A stretch of DNA of 24,000 nucleotides from an uncultured Methanolobus sp. (GTDB taxonomy: Archaea; Halobacteriota; Methanosarcinia; Methanosarcinales; Methanosarcinaceae), in NCBI RefSeq assembly GCF_963674485.2, contig NZ_CAXXKW010000002.1; one strand, written 5' to 3'. The translations under genes and the position numbers were made by a program. Below, in pieces: positions 1-11,683 of the stretch; positions within the stretch are counted from its first letter, which is position 1; each line of letters begins with the position of its first letter. The notes under the pieces were generated by a model. That model was given only the letters and a program-made list of their open reading frames with translations. It made no database searches and was not told the DNA's origin.

Positions 1-987
<987 letters not shown>

Positions 988-1089
988 AAGCAGATCGGCA
1001 CAACGCCGATCACCACTTACCGGTCAGAAATCGAAAAACTGTCAGATCCGAGATAATCTACATGGATTCAAAAAAGGCGAATCCAGGAA

Positions 1090-1162
1090 GGGCTTGTAGA
1101 TCAGTTGGGAGATCGTCGCCTTTGCAAGGCGAAGGCCCTGGGTTCGAATCCCAGCAAGTCCA
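1090..1162 (+). tRNA. tRNA-Ala (anticodon UGC) in the 16S-23S spacer
   Basis: 73-nt cloverleaf. Acceptor GGGCUUG/CAAGUCC has the G3:U70 Ala identity pair. Anticodon stem tcgcc/ggcga encloses loop UUUGCAA (UGC). T-arm is ctgggttcgaatcccag. No encoded CCA. Confidence 0.95.
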
Positions 1163-1248
1163 TTATTTAGTGCACCCGAGAAGTAACTTTCTCGGGGAAG
1201 GATGAAGTGGCCGTAGCAACAGCGGCTGCAATGAGATCGTGTATATGC

Positions 1249-1288
1249 ATGCATATATCAGACGCTCACTGGACAAAGTGAGATGGAC
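1249..1288 (+). other. 5' arm of the 23S rRNA processing helix
   Basis: 1249-1262 pairs with 4232-4245 (14 bp, one G-U). 1269-1278 pairs with 4216-4225 (10 bp, perfect). 1282-1288 pairs with 4206-4212 (7 bp, one G-U). Small internal loops lie between the segments. Confidence 0.8.
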
Positions 1289-1289
1289 T

Positions 1290-4205
<2,916 letters not shown>

Positions 4206-4245
4206 GTCCGTCTTGCTTTGTCCAGGCGAAATCTGATATGTGCAT
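4206..4245 (+). other. 3' arm of the 23S rRNA processing helix
   Basis: Complementary to 1249-1288, as listed for the 5' arm. Confidence 0.8.
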
Positions 4246-4310
4246 GTTTAATATACATGACCTTATGGTAAAGTATAATATGCGATGGATTCATTCATGA
4301 ATCGCTCATT

Positions 4311-4382
4311 GCCAAGGTGGCGGAGCGGCTACGCAATCGCCTGCAGAGCGATTCCATTCCGGTTCGAATCCGGACCTTGGCT
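4311..4382 (+). tRNA. tRNA-Cys (anticodon GCA) between 23S and 5S
   Basis: 72-nt cloverleaf folded by hand. Acceptor is GCCAAGG/CCUUGGC. D-stem is 3 bp (GCG/CGC). Anticodon stem AUCGC/GCGAU encloses loop CUGCAGA (GCA, with G37). T-stem is UCCGG/CCGGA with loop UUCGAAU. Discriminator is U73. No encoded CCA. Confidence 0.93.
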
Positions 4383-4409
4383 TTATCATTACCATTCATT
4401 ATGAGAGAG

Positions 4410-4532
4410 TTTGGCGGCCATAGCGGCAGGGAGATTCCTGTACCCATCCCGAACACAGAAGATAAGCCTGCCAGCGTTCCTTACTGTACTGAAGTACGAG
4501 AGTCTTCGGGAACTCTGGATCGCTGCCAGCTC
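4410..4532 (+). rRNA. rrf: 5S rRNA; ends approximate
   Basis: The 5S hallmark cccatcccgaacacagaagataagcc is at 4443-4468. The terminal helix ttggcggc/gctgccag closes a ~122-nt molecule. Confidence 0.93.
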
Positions 4533-4546
4533 ACTCATAAACACTA

Positions 4547-4570
4547 ACTTTTTCTAACTGACTTTTTCTA
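4547..4570 (+). terminator. Two oligo-T tracts downstream of 5S, likely the rRNA operon terminator
   Basis: The decamer actttttcta occurs twice (4547-4556 and 4561-4570), each containing T5. Oligo-T is the established archaeal termination signal. Confidence 0.5.
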
Positions 4571-5348
4571 CAACTAATCTATTTGGCTCTGTAGAAATCC
4601 TCATTTTAACGCAAAATATAACCTTGACATACCTGTCAAGGTTATGCACTAATATCTTGAATTTGACCTCTTTTAATTTATTCCAGTACCTTTTTGACCT
4701 TACCTCTTCTCCATGTTTCCTTTTCAGAACAGAGAACATCGTTTCAACCAAGTTTCTATTATGATACAATTCTCTGTCAAATTCCCTCTCCATTTTTCTT
4801 CGATATTTTCCTTTAATCCTCTTCCTTTTTCTTAGTCTCAAAGGAATCATAGCTATTGCATCCAATTGCTCTCTTGTTAGTGAATGTAGCTCTTCTGAGT
4901 CGTAACCTTTGTCCATCACATAGTACTTTGATTTACTAGTTTTATGGCATTGCCGCAGCAATGCCAATGCATGCTTTGCATCATGTACAGGTTTGCCTGA
5001 TATCTTGAAACCAGTAACAATGAACTTTGCAGTATCAACAGAGATACTTGTTTTCAGGAAAGATTTTCGTTTCTTTCCTGTTCTCCAGGAATAGTAATAG
5101 CTACAGTGACCACTAGTAAATCCACTTGAATCAATAGCAGTAACTTCTATTCTTTCGCCATATGAATAAAATAGTTTTAGTGTCTGATGCAATAATCCAT
5201 TGAAGTAGATAGATTTTAGTCTTCTAGTGAATTTGTGAAGTGTAGTAAAATGTGGAACTTGTTTTAGTCCAATCTTTGTTTTAACTTTGTCCATTAATTC
5301 AACAATTTCAACTATATCCCGGTAATCCTCATCAAGATATTCTTTCAA
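4554..5348 (-). CDS. DDE transposase (IS4/IS5 superfamily); catalytic part intact but the gene is probably frameshifted or decayed
   Basis: The 264-aa ORF has a candidate DDE triad ([27 protein letters not shown] with the Y-x2-R-x3-E-x6-K-like tail). The ORF-track start is TTG. The conserved N-terminal peptide ([13 protein letters not shown]) is in another frame upstream. The ORF also runs through the left IR and stops 31 nt outside the element. Confidence 0.75.
   Translation of the reverse strand: MKEYLDEDYRDIVEIVELMDKVKTKIGLKQVPHFTTLHKFTRRLKSIYFNGLLHQTLKLFYSYGERIEVTAIDSSGFTSGHCSYYYSWRTGKKRKSFLKTSISVDTAKFIVTGFKISGKPVHDAKHALALLRQCHKTSKSKYYVMDKGYDSEELHSLTREQLDAIAMIPLRLRKRKRIKGKYRRKMEREFDRELYHNRNLVETMFSVLKRKHGEEVRSKRYWNKLKEVKFKILVHNLDRYVKVIFCVKMRISTEPNRLVVEKVS
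4577..4584. repeat. Target-site duplication, left copy (ATCTATTT)
   Basis: This 8-mer directly abuts the left IR. An identical 8-mer abuts the right IR at 5586-5593. Confidence 0.8.
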
Positions 5349-5585
5349 TAAAACAATGTCAAAAGTTGGTGCTGTGTATATTTCCTTTTAGAATATTTGC
5401 AACTATAGATCTGAAGGTGCGAGTTTCCTGATACAGCCAGCGCTGTATCAACAAACTTTAAGTACTTATTAGACAGAACACAATCATCCCCTTTGTGTTT
5501 TCTTGTGGTGAGTAATACTCAGGGGATTTATCCTTTTTAAATTATTATGTCAAAATAAAATTGAAAGTAGGTTTTCTACAGAGCC
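4585..5585 (-). mobile_element. Insertion sequence, ~1001 bp, IS4/IS5-superfamily type
   Basis: The termini are ggctctgtagaaa (4585-4597) and tttctacagagcc (5573-5585), a 13-bp perfect inverted repeat; three further bases (cct) match after one mismatch, then similarity is scattered. An 8-bp direct repeat flanks it. It encodes a DDE transposase and is visibly more AT-rich than its surroundings. Confidence 0.85.
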
Positions 5586-5593
5586 ATCTATTT
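5586..5593. repeat. Target-site duplication, right copy (ATCTATTT)
   Basis: Identical to 4577-4584 and directly abuts the right IR. Confidence 0.8.
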
Positions 5594-5656
5594 GTTTTAT
5601 TATGTTAATTATCACTCTTACTTTCTTCTGATTATGAATGCGTATAGCAATTTTAT

Positions 5657-6316
5657 TTATGTCTTTATATTTCTTCCAAGAGCCTCATTGACATCATTTA
5701 TCAAATCTGCCCTGGTAACCAGTATAAGTTCATCCTTTTCATGTAATTTAGGATCTTTTTCTGCAAGGATGAATTCATCTTTGCGATAAATGCCTATGAA
5801 TGCACTATTTTCAGGTAACGATATCTCTGATAATTTCATATCCATTATCTGGTCGGTAGCCATTACCCCCATAAAACGAACATCAGAACGCACCAGATTA
5901 CTCAGTTCAATTGTGTTAATACCTCTGAGGACATCTGAGATGTATCTGGAAGATATGCTTGAGGGGTTGATCATATAATAAAAGCCAAGCTTGTTTGCAA
6001 TATCCATGAATTGCTTGTCATCTATCTTCAGAATAACTTTCCCAACTTTGGCATCTCTGGCTATTAGTCCGATGAGGATATTATTCTGATCAATGTTTGT
6101 ACAGGCAACAACTGCATCTGCATTAGATATGTCTGCTTTTTCTAAAATATCCGGTCTTGTGCCTTCAGCATTTATAACTGTACAATCCAGGGTCTCTGCT
6201 AGCTCTTTGGCTATTGACTCATCTTTCTCTATCAGTATGACCTCTTTGCCCTGCTGGATCATATTTTTTGTGAGATTTATTCCCAGTGAACCGGCACCAA
6301 CTACAATTACTCTCAT
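5657..6316 (-). CDS. trkA: Trk/Ktr potassium-uptake system, NAD-binding regulatory subunit
   Basis: 219 aa. It has an N-terminal Rossmann motif (VVGAGSLG) followed by a TrkA-C-like C-terminal half. It overlaps the trkH stop by 4 nt (6313-6316). Confidence 0.9.
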   Translation of the reverse strand: MRVIVVGAGSLGINLTKNMIQQGKEVILIEKDESIAKELAETLDCTVINAEGTRPDILEKADISNADAVVACTNIDQNNILIGLIARDAKVGKVILKIDDKQFMDIANKLGFYYMINPSSISSRYISDVLRGINTIELSNLVRSDVRFMGVMATDQIMDMKLSEISLPENSAFIGIYRKDEFILAEKDPKLHEKDELILVTRADLINDVNEALGRNIKT

Positions 6317-7770
6317 ATTTTAACATTCCTTTTATTTGCTCTTTTTCTTTTTATCCATGTTCCCGGCATGAACAGCAATATCAATGGTATTATCTCAATT
6401 CTTCCAAACAACATGTCAATGATCAGTACTAACTTAAGGATGACAGGCATCGCAGCATTTGTAACTCCTGCAGAAAGTCCGACAGTGCTCAAAGCACTTG
6501 ATACTTCGAAAACTGAACTGTTAGTGTTCACTCCATAGGTCATAAAAACAAAAGACGATACAACCAGTATCAAAGTGTAAAGCAGCATGAAAGTCACAAG
6601 ATTGTAGATTTCATCACTCTCTACAATGTGGTCCTCTATTTTTATTGGTGTAATAGTCTCTCTGGGAAGGAACAATCTCAATAATACATTATGTACTACT
6701 TTAAATAGCAAAAGGACCCTGAACACTTTAATTCCGCCTGCGGTGGATCCTACATTACCTCCTATCCACATCATAAATATCAACACAGCTTTGGAAGCAT
6801 CAGATAATATAGAAAGGTCTACTGTAGAAAAACCTGCTGTGCTAACTGCAGATATTACCTGGAAAAGACTTTCCTTGATTAAATTGTACTCCATATCTTC
6901 TTTTGCAAGAGTAAAAGCAAAAAGAATTGCTCCTATAGTTGTAAAGACCAGGAAAGCCCTAAGTTCCAGGTTTTTGAAGAATTTCTCTGGCTTCTTGAAA
7001 AGATAGGGATAAAGTACAAAACTAACCGCTCCCAGAAGACACGATATGCTAACAGCTGCAGGTATCATGCTTCCCTGATATGCACCTATGCTTTCAGCAC
7101 GTGTTGAAAATCCGCCGGTTGATACACAACAAAGGGCGTGGCATATAGAATCAAACAGGGACATACCACTCATTAAAAGCAATACTATGGAAACCAATGT
7201 TATAATTATATAGACTTTTCCAAGTGTACGGGTGGTGGCTATGACAGTTGGTTTGATCTTCATATCTCCATAGTTTGCCTTGTACATCCTGGATGCGGTA
7301 GTTCCCGGACTGATAAGGACAGAGAGCACCACAAGGATTATTCCTATTCCGCCCACCCACTGGCCCCAGGAACGTGCAAAAAGGAACACCGGTCCGACAT
7401 CTGCCGGTGCAACACTGAGACCTGTTGTCGTAACAGCTGACACACTTTCAAAATAAGCATCTATAAAAGGCATTCCTGTTGTAAGCGACATTGGGATTGC
7501 ACTAAGAAGTGCAGAGATCGGGAAAACCAGTGCAACAATGATGAGTGCTTCTTTTGTTTCAAGTTCATAGTCGGGAAGGGCTCGATAGACAATCGTTCCA
7601 ATAATAAAAACTGCTATAGCAGTACTTCCATAATCTATGGCAGCTTCTATATTTCCAAGGATCAACGCAGCAATTGTCGGAACAATCAGGACAAAAGTGA
7701 AAGCTATGAGATAATATCCCATGTACTTTGCCACAGCTTTTTGGTTAACAGGGGAGTGTAGCTCGTACAT
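6313..7770 (-). CDS. trkH: TrkH/KtrB-family potassium transporter membrane subunit
   Basis: 485 aa, polytopic. It carries four pore-loop signatures: TTTGLS, STGGFS, STAGFS and STVGLS. Confidence 0.92.
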   Translation of the reverse strand: MYELHSPVNQKAVAKYMGYYLIAFTFVLIVPTIAALILGNIEAAIDYGSTAIAVFIIGTIVYRALPDYELETKEALIIVALVFPISALLSAIPMSLTTGMPFIDAYFESVSAVTTTGLSVAPADVGPVFLFARSWGQWVGGIGIILVVLSVLISPGTTASRMYKANYGDMKIKPTVIATTRTLGKVYIIITLVSIVLLLMSGMSLFDSICHALCCVSTGGFSTRAESIGAYQGSMIPAAVSISCLLGAVSFVLYPYLFKKPEKFFKNLELRAFLVFTTIGAILFAFTLAKEDMEYNLIKESLFQVISAVSTAGFSTVDLSILSDASKAVLIFMMWIGGNVGSTAGGIKVFRVLLLFKVVHNVLLRLFLPRETITPIKIEDHIVESDEIYNLVTFMLLYTLILVVSSFVFMTYGVNTNSSVFEVSSALSTVGLSAGVTNAAMPVILKLVLIIDMLFGRIEIIPLILLFMPGTWIKRKRANKRNVKI

Positions 7771-7877
7771 ATATTATAATGATTCCTGTTACATTATAAA
7801 TTATATCATGAAATATTCCTTCTGTTCATCTTTCATTTGAGATTGTAACTTCTTAGTTTAGGTTCCTGAAAGGAAGC

Positions 7878-7887
7878 TTAAATATAT
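7878..7887 (+). promoter_or_regulatory. Candidate TATA box for tgtA
   Basis: ttaaatatat is preceded by a purine-rich BRE-like aggaag. Its centre is ~28 nt upstream of the ATG at 7910, implying a leaderless or very short-leader mRNA. Confidence 0.3.
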
Positions 7888-7909
7888 CTTAACTATCATC
7901 TAAAAGCTC

Positions 7910-9379
7910 ATGTCATCACAATTTGATATAATTCATAAGGATGCAGCAGGGCGTATTGGTAAGCTGACAACCCCGCATGGAGTGGTTGAAACTCCTACTG
8001 TAATGCCTGTCATTAATCCTAATATCCAGACAGTAAAACCCTCTGAGATGAGGGAATTCGGTGCTGAGATACTTATCACCAACTCATATATCATCTATCG
8101 TAAGGATGAATTAAGGGAAAAGGCACTGAAAGATGGTCTGCATGCATTACTCGATTTTGACGGTCCCCTTATGACAGACTCTGGTTCATTCCAGCTATCG
8201 GTCTATGGTGAAGTCGAGGTCACAAATGAAATGATAATCAATTTCCAGCAGAAGATAGGAACAGACATAGGCGTTCCTCTTGATATTCCTACACATCCTG
8301 ATGTGTCTTATGAAAAGGCAAAGGAAGATATGGATATCACAATACAGCGTCTTAAGGAAGCAAGGGAACTTGTGAAAGGTGACATGCTTCTGGCAGGTCC
8401 TGTGCAAGGTGCTATTTACAAGGATCTCCGTGAGGAGTGTGCCCGTGAGCTTTCAGAGGTAGGCTTTGATGTATATCCATTTGGAGCTGTGGTCCCATTG
8501 ATGGAGTCCTATCGCTATGCTGATCTTGTAGATGTAATTGCTTCCGCTAAAAAAGGCCTCGACCCCACAGCACCTGTCCATCTGTTTGGTGCAGGACACC
8601 CGATGATGTTCGCATTGGCAGTTGCTCTTGGATGTGATCTTTTCGATTCTGCTGCATATGCTCTTTATGCGAAGGACAGGCGTTACATCACTTCAAGAGG
8701 AACATATCATGTAGACCAGCTTAAGTATCTGCCATGCTCATGTCCTGTATGTCTGGCTCACACAGCGGAAGAATTGAAAAAGGCTCACAACTGCACCGAG
8801 CTTCTTGCCAGGCACAACCTCTATGTAACTTTTGAAGAGGTTCGTGAGGTCAAGCAGGCCATATGGGAAGGCAACCTCCTTGAGCTTGTGGAGCAGAGAT
8901 GCCGGGCTCATCCAAGGATGCTTGAAGCCCTTAAGCAGATGTATACATATTCTCCATGGCTGGAGCAGTGTGATCCATCATCCAAATCCACATTATTCTA
9001 TTGTGGTCCAGAGTCTGCCAGACGTCCGGAAGTCCTGCGTTTCAACAGGCAGCTTGAAAGGTTTACCATAGAAGGTTCGGCTTTGATACGGGCTTACCCG
9101 ACAAAGAGGGACAGTGATTATGACAACGTCCTGATATTCAAACCACCATTCGGGTCTTACCCGCAGGAACTTGCAGAGGTCTATCCGTTCAATGCTGAAG
9201 TTGTAAGGACTCCTGATTATGAATCCCTTGAGAGTGCTTATGAGAACACCATCAGGCTTGTGGAACTGAACCCTAAGGCAACATTCACTTTCCTGATGCA
9301 GGATAAATTAGAGCATCCTCTTGTAGAAAAACTTGAAAAGATGGATAACTTTACAGTTATCTCTTCCCAGAAAGAGTAA
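7910..9379 (+). CDS. tgtA: Archaeosine tRNA-guanine(15) transglycosylase (ArcTGT), short form without a PUA domain
   Basis: 489 aa. It has the TGT N-terminus (GRIGKLTTPHGVVETPTVMPV), a catalytic Asp context (LMTDSGSFQ) and the zinc site C-S-C-P-V-C...H (LPCSCPVCLAH). Confidence 0.9.
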   Translation: MSSQFDIIHKDAAGRIGKLTTPHGVVETPTVMPVINPNIQTVKPSEMREFGAEILITNSYIIYRKDELREKALKDGLHALLDFDGPLMTDSGSFQLSVYGEVEVTNEMIINFQQKIGTDIGVPLDIPTHPDVSYEKAKEDMDITIQRLKEARELVKGDMLLAGPVQGAIYKDLREECARELSEVGFDVYPFGAVVPLMESYRYADLVDVIASAKKGLDPTAPVHLFGAGHPMMFALAVALGCDLFDSAAYALYAKDRRYITSRGTYHVDQLKYLPCSCPVCLAHTAEELKKAHNCTELLARHNLYVTFEEVREVKQAIWEGNLLELVEQRCRAHPRMLEALKQMYTYSPWLEQCDPSSKSTLFYCGPESARRPEVLRFNRQLERFTIEGSALIRAYPTKRDSDYDNVLIFKPPFGSYPQELAEVYPFNAEVVRTPDYESLESAYENTIRLVELNPKATFTFLMQDKLEHPLVEKLEKMDNFTVISSQKE

Positions 9380-9537
9380 AGTCAATTCTCTATCAAAAAG
9401 GAAATAAAACCTGGTTATCATTTGATACTCTGGTTCTTATTGTCCAATTCTTTTTTATTTTATACCTGTCCGACTCATTTTTAGTCCGACCACCCTAATA
9501 CTAATATACGATACTGGAAATTAGGAGCTATAATCTA

Positions 9538-10497
9538 TTGGTGATGATATACTTGGTTTCGACTTCAGGCTCAAAAACACGGAATCCTTATCTTGAATTG
9601 TTAAGGCCGGAAATAGCGGATATGGATTTTGCCCTTCCTGCTGCAAGTGCTTTGCTGGCATCCTATCTTGCAATAGGGGCACTGCCAGATCCGATTCTTT
9701 TCATAATAGCGGTTATCGGGGGCTACGCAGCGATAACAAGTTCCTATGTATATAATGACTGTTGTGATGTCGATATAGATCAGATTAATCTTCCAAACCG
9801 CCCGTTGGTGTCTGATAAACTAAGTCGCGGACAGGCTATGAAGTATGCAGGGCTGTTATTTTTAATAGCAAGTGTGGCAGCTCTCTATCTGAATCCTGAA
9901 TCTTTTGTGGTATTGGTGATAGCAGTCGTCACTATAAGTATATACTCAAAACTTGCAAAAAGACTGACATTTCTTAGTTTCGTACCTGTGGGAATAGCTT
10001 ACGGGCTTGTACCTATAGGTATCTGGCTGGCATTCAATCCGGCAGGAATTCTCAGGAATCCCGATTATGGTTCCATACTTCCTCTGCCTGCCATATTCCT
10101 TGGCCTAATGATGTGTTTCACTGACTGGGGTTTCACATTGTCCGGTGTGGCAAGGGATGTGGAAGGCGACAGAGCCAGAGGCGCACCGACATTTCCGGTG
10201 ACATTCGGAGTTCCAGCAACCTCTAAGTTTGTAACTATCATGTGGGTTGTAGGTGTCATAGCCTCAATTGCCATCGGATTGACTGCAAAGATAGGGCCCA
10301 TATATTTTGCAGGTGCACTGCTTGCAGGTGGGTGGATGCTCACGCAGTCATTTGATTTTATAAAGAACCCGACACATGAACGTGGAGGAAGGCTATTTCT
10401 CCAGGGCTCCAGATACAGGGGTCTCATGTTTGGTTCTCTCATACTTGATGTAATACTTTGCATACTTGTTCCGGCATATTCCGGTATATTATGGTAA
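9538..10497 (+). CDS. UbiA-superfamily aromatic/lipid prenyltransferase; divergent, substrate unknown
   Basis: 319 aa and very hydrophobic. The first Asp-rich motif is NDCCDVDIDQINLPNRP, with a second acidic patch ARDVEGD. The start is uncertain (TTG 9538, GTG 9541 or ATG 9544); GGAG lies at 9525-9528. Confidence 0.85.
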   Translation: MVMIYLVSTSGSKTRNPYLELLRPEIADMDFALPAASALLASYLAIGALPDPILFIIAVIGGYAAITSSYVYNDCCDVDIDQINLPNRPLVSDKLSRGQAMKYAGLLFLIASVAALYLNPESFVVLVIAVVTISIYSKLAKRLTFLSFVPVGIAYGLVPIGIWLAFNPAGILRNPDYGSILPLPAIFLGLMMCFTDWGFTLSGVARDVEGDRARGAPTFPVTFGVPATSKFVTIMWVVGVIASIAIGLTAKIGPIYFAGALLAGGWMLTQSFDFIKNPTHERGGRLFLQGSRYRGLMFGSLILDVILCILVPAYSGILW

Positions 10498-10522
10498 TAA
10501 TTAGGTGTTTACGAGGTTCAAA

Positions 10523-11680
10523 ATGGATGCAGATATCATTGTAATAGGGGCTTCCCCGGCAGGGGTCATGGCAGCACGGAATGCATCGGCTAAAGGCTGC
10601 AAAGTAATCCTTCTCGATAAAAAAGAAGCTGCAGGTGTACCTACCCATCCGGCAAACACTTTTTTCAAAGGGATGTTTGATCGCACAGGTGAGGAAGTTG
10701 ACCAGAGTTATGTTATCAAGAATCTCAAAGGTGCCTACATAATAGCACCATCCGGCAGGAATGTCATTTTTGAGGGGGATGCTTATTTCCTTGACAGGAA
10801 GAAATTTGATGAGTTTTACATTCGCCATGCAAAAGAAGCAGGTGCAGACGTTCGCTTCGGAATCGAAGTTCTCAATGTTCTCCGGGTCGATGGCGGTTTC
10901 ACAGTAAGCACCTCAAAGGGCAAGATCAAGTGTAAGCTCGTTATTGTTTCAGATGGTATAAACTCCCGGATAGGTGCCCTTCTGGGTATGATACCTATCA
11001 AATACCCTCAGGACATTGCCTGGTCCCTTGAAGCAGAGATCGAAGCTGAAGGCATTGGTGAGCCCGATATGTTCGAATATTACGTGGGCAACCATGCACC
11101 AGGATGGAAATCCACTTATTCCCCATGTGGTGGTAATAGGGCAACACTTGGTATGTATGTCCGCAGGCATGGCAAGGATGTTTCTGATTTCTTCGATGCA
11201 TGGCTTGAAAAGTTCAAGACATTAAAGGGGCTTGATGAAGTAAAGATCATCAGTAAATCCGTAGGTGGTGATCCTATAGTTGCAATTCCAGGTGAGATAG
11301 TCGCCGACGGTGTAATGATAACGGGTGGTTCTGCTGCCCAGTCAGGTATAGGATACGGCATGCATGCAGGACAGATGTGTGGTGATGTTGCTGCCGATGC
11401 AATTGCAAAAGGTAATCTGTCAAAAAGCTTCCTTTCCGAATATAGGAAACGCTGGAATGCCGCATACAGGACTGAGTACTACCTTGGAAGGTTTGCCATG
11501 GAGACTCTCAGGAAAATGACTGACAAGGAGATCGATGAGCTTATGAAGGTCTTTGAAGGAGAGGACTTGAAGGTCCTTGGCGGAAGTCCTTTCAACCAGG
11601 CATTACAGGTATCAAAAATGATATTGAAAAATAACCCTTCATCCATACTTTCATACAGGGCTATCTTCAGGACGAAGTGA
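10523..11680 (+). CDS. Geranylgeranyl-reductase-family FAD-dependent oxidoreductase
   Basis: The N-terminus MDADIIVIGASPAGVMAA...VILLDKK is an FAD-binding GxGxxG fold, and the later GDAAG-like region is GGSAAQSG. I prefer ATG 10523 over the ORF-track GTG at 10505. It starts 26 nt after the UbiA stop. Confidence 0.85.
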   Translation: MDADIIVIGASPAGVMAARNASAKGCKVILLDKKEAAGVPTHPANTFFKGMFDRTGEEVDQSYVIKNLKGAYIIAPSGRNVIFEGDAYFLDRKKFDEFYIRHAKEAGADVRFGIEVLNVLRVDGGFTVSTSKGKIKCKLVIVSDGINSRIGALLGMIPIKYPQDIAWSLEAEIEAEGIGEPDMFEYYVGNHAPGWKSTYSPCGGNRATLGMYVRRHGKDVSDFFDAWLEKFKTLKGLDEVKIISKSVGGDPIVAIPGEIVADGVMITGGSAAQSGIGYGMHAGQMCGDVAADAIAKGNLSKSFLSEYRKRWNAAYRTEYYLGRFAMETLRKMTDKEIDELMKVFEGEDLKVLGGSPFNQALQVSKMILKNNPSSILSYRAIFRTK

Positions 11681-11683
11681 ACG

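Noticed and set aside
4554-4556. TAG stop of the transposase ORF as a pyrrolysine codon
   Set aside because: Pyl decoding is known for methylamine methyltransferases and a few other genes. Here the TAG lies outside the IS in rRNA-terminator DNA, so the codon is fortuitous.
5592-7360. Plus- and minus-strand ORFs inside trkA/trkH (5592-5789, 5790-5978, 6093-6323, 6626-7006, 7151-7360)
   Set aside because: These are antisense or alternative-frame shadows of trkA and trkH.
10505-10522. GTG 10505 as the start of the GGR-like gene
   Set aside because: ATG 10523 gives the canonical N-terminus, placing the GxGxxG motif about 10 residues from Met. The extension adds MFTRFK with no support.
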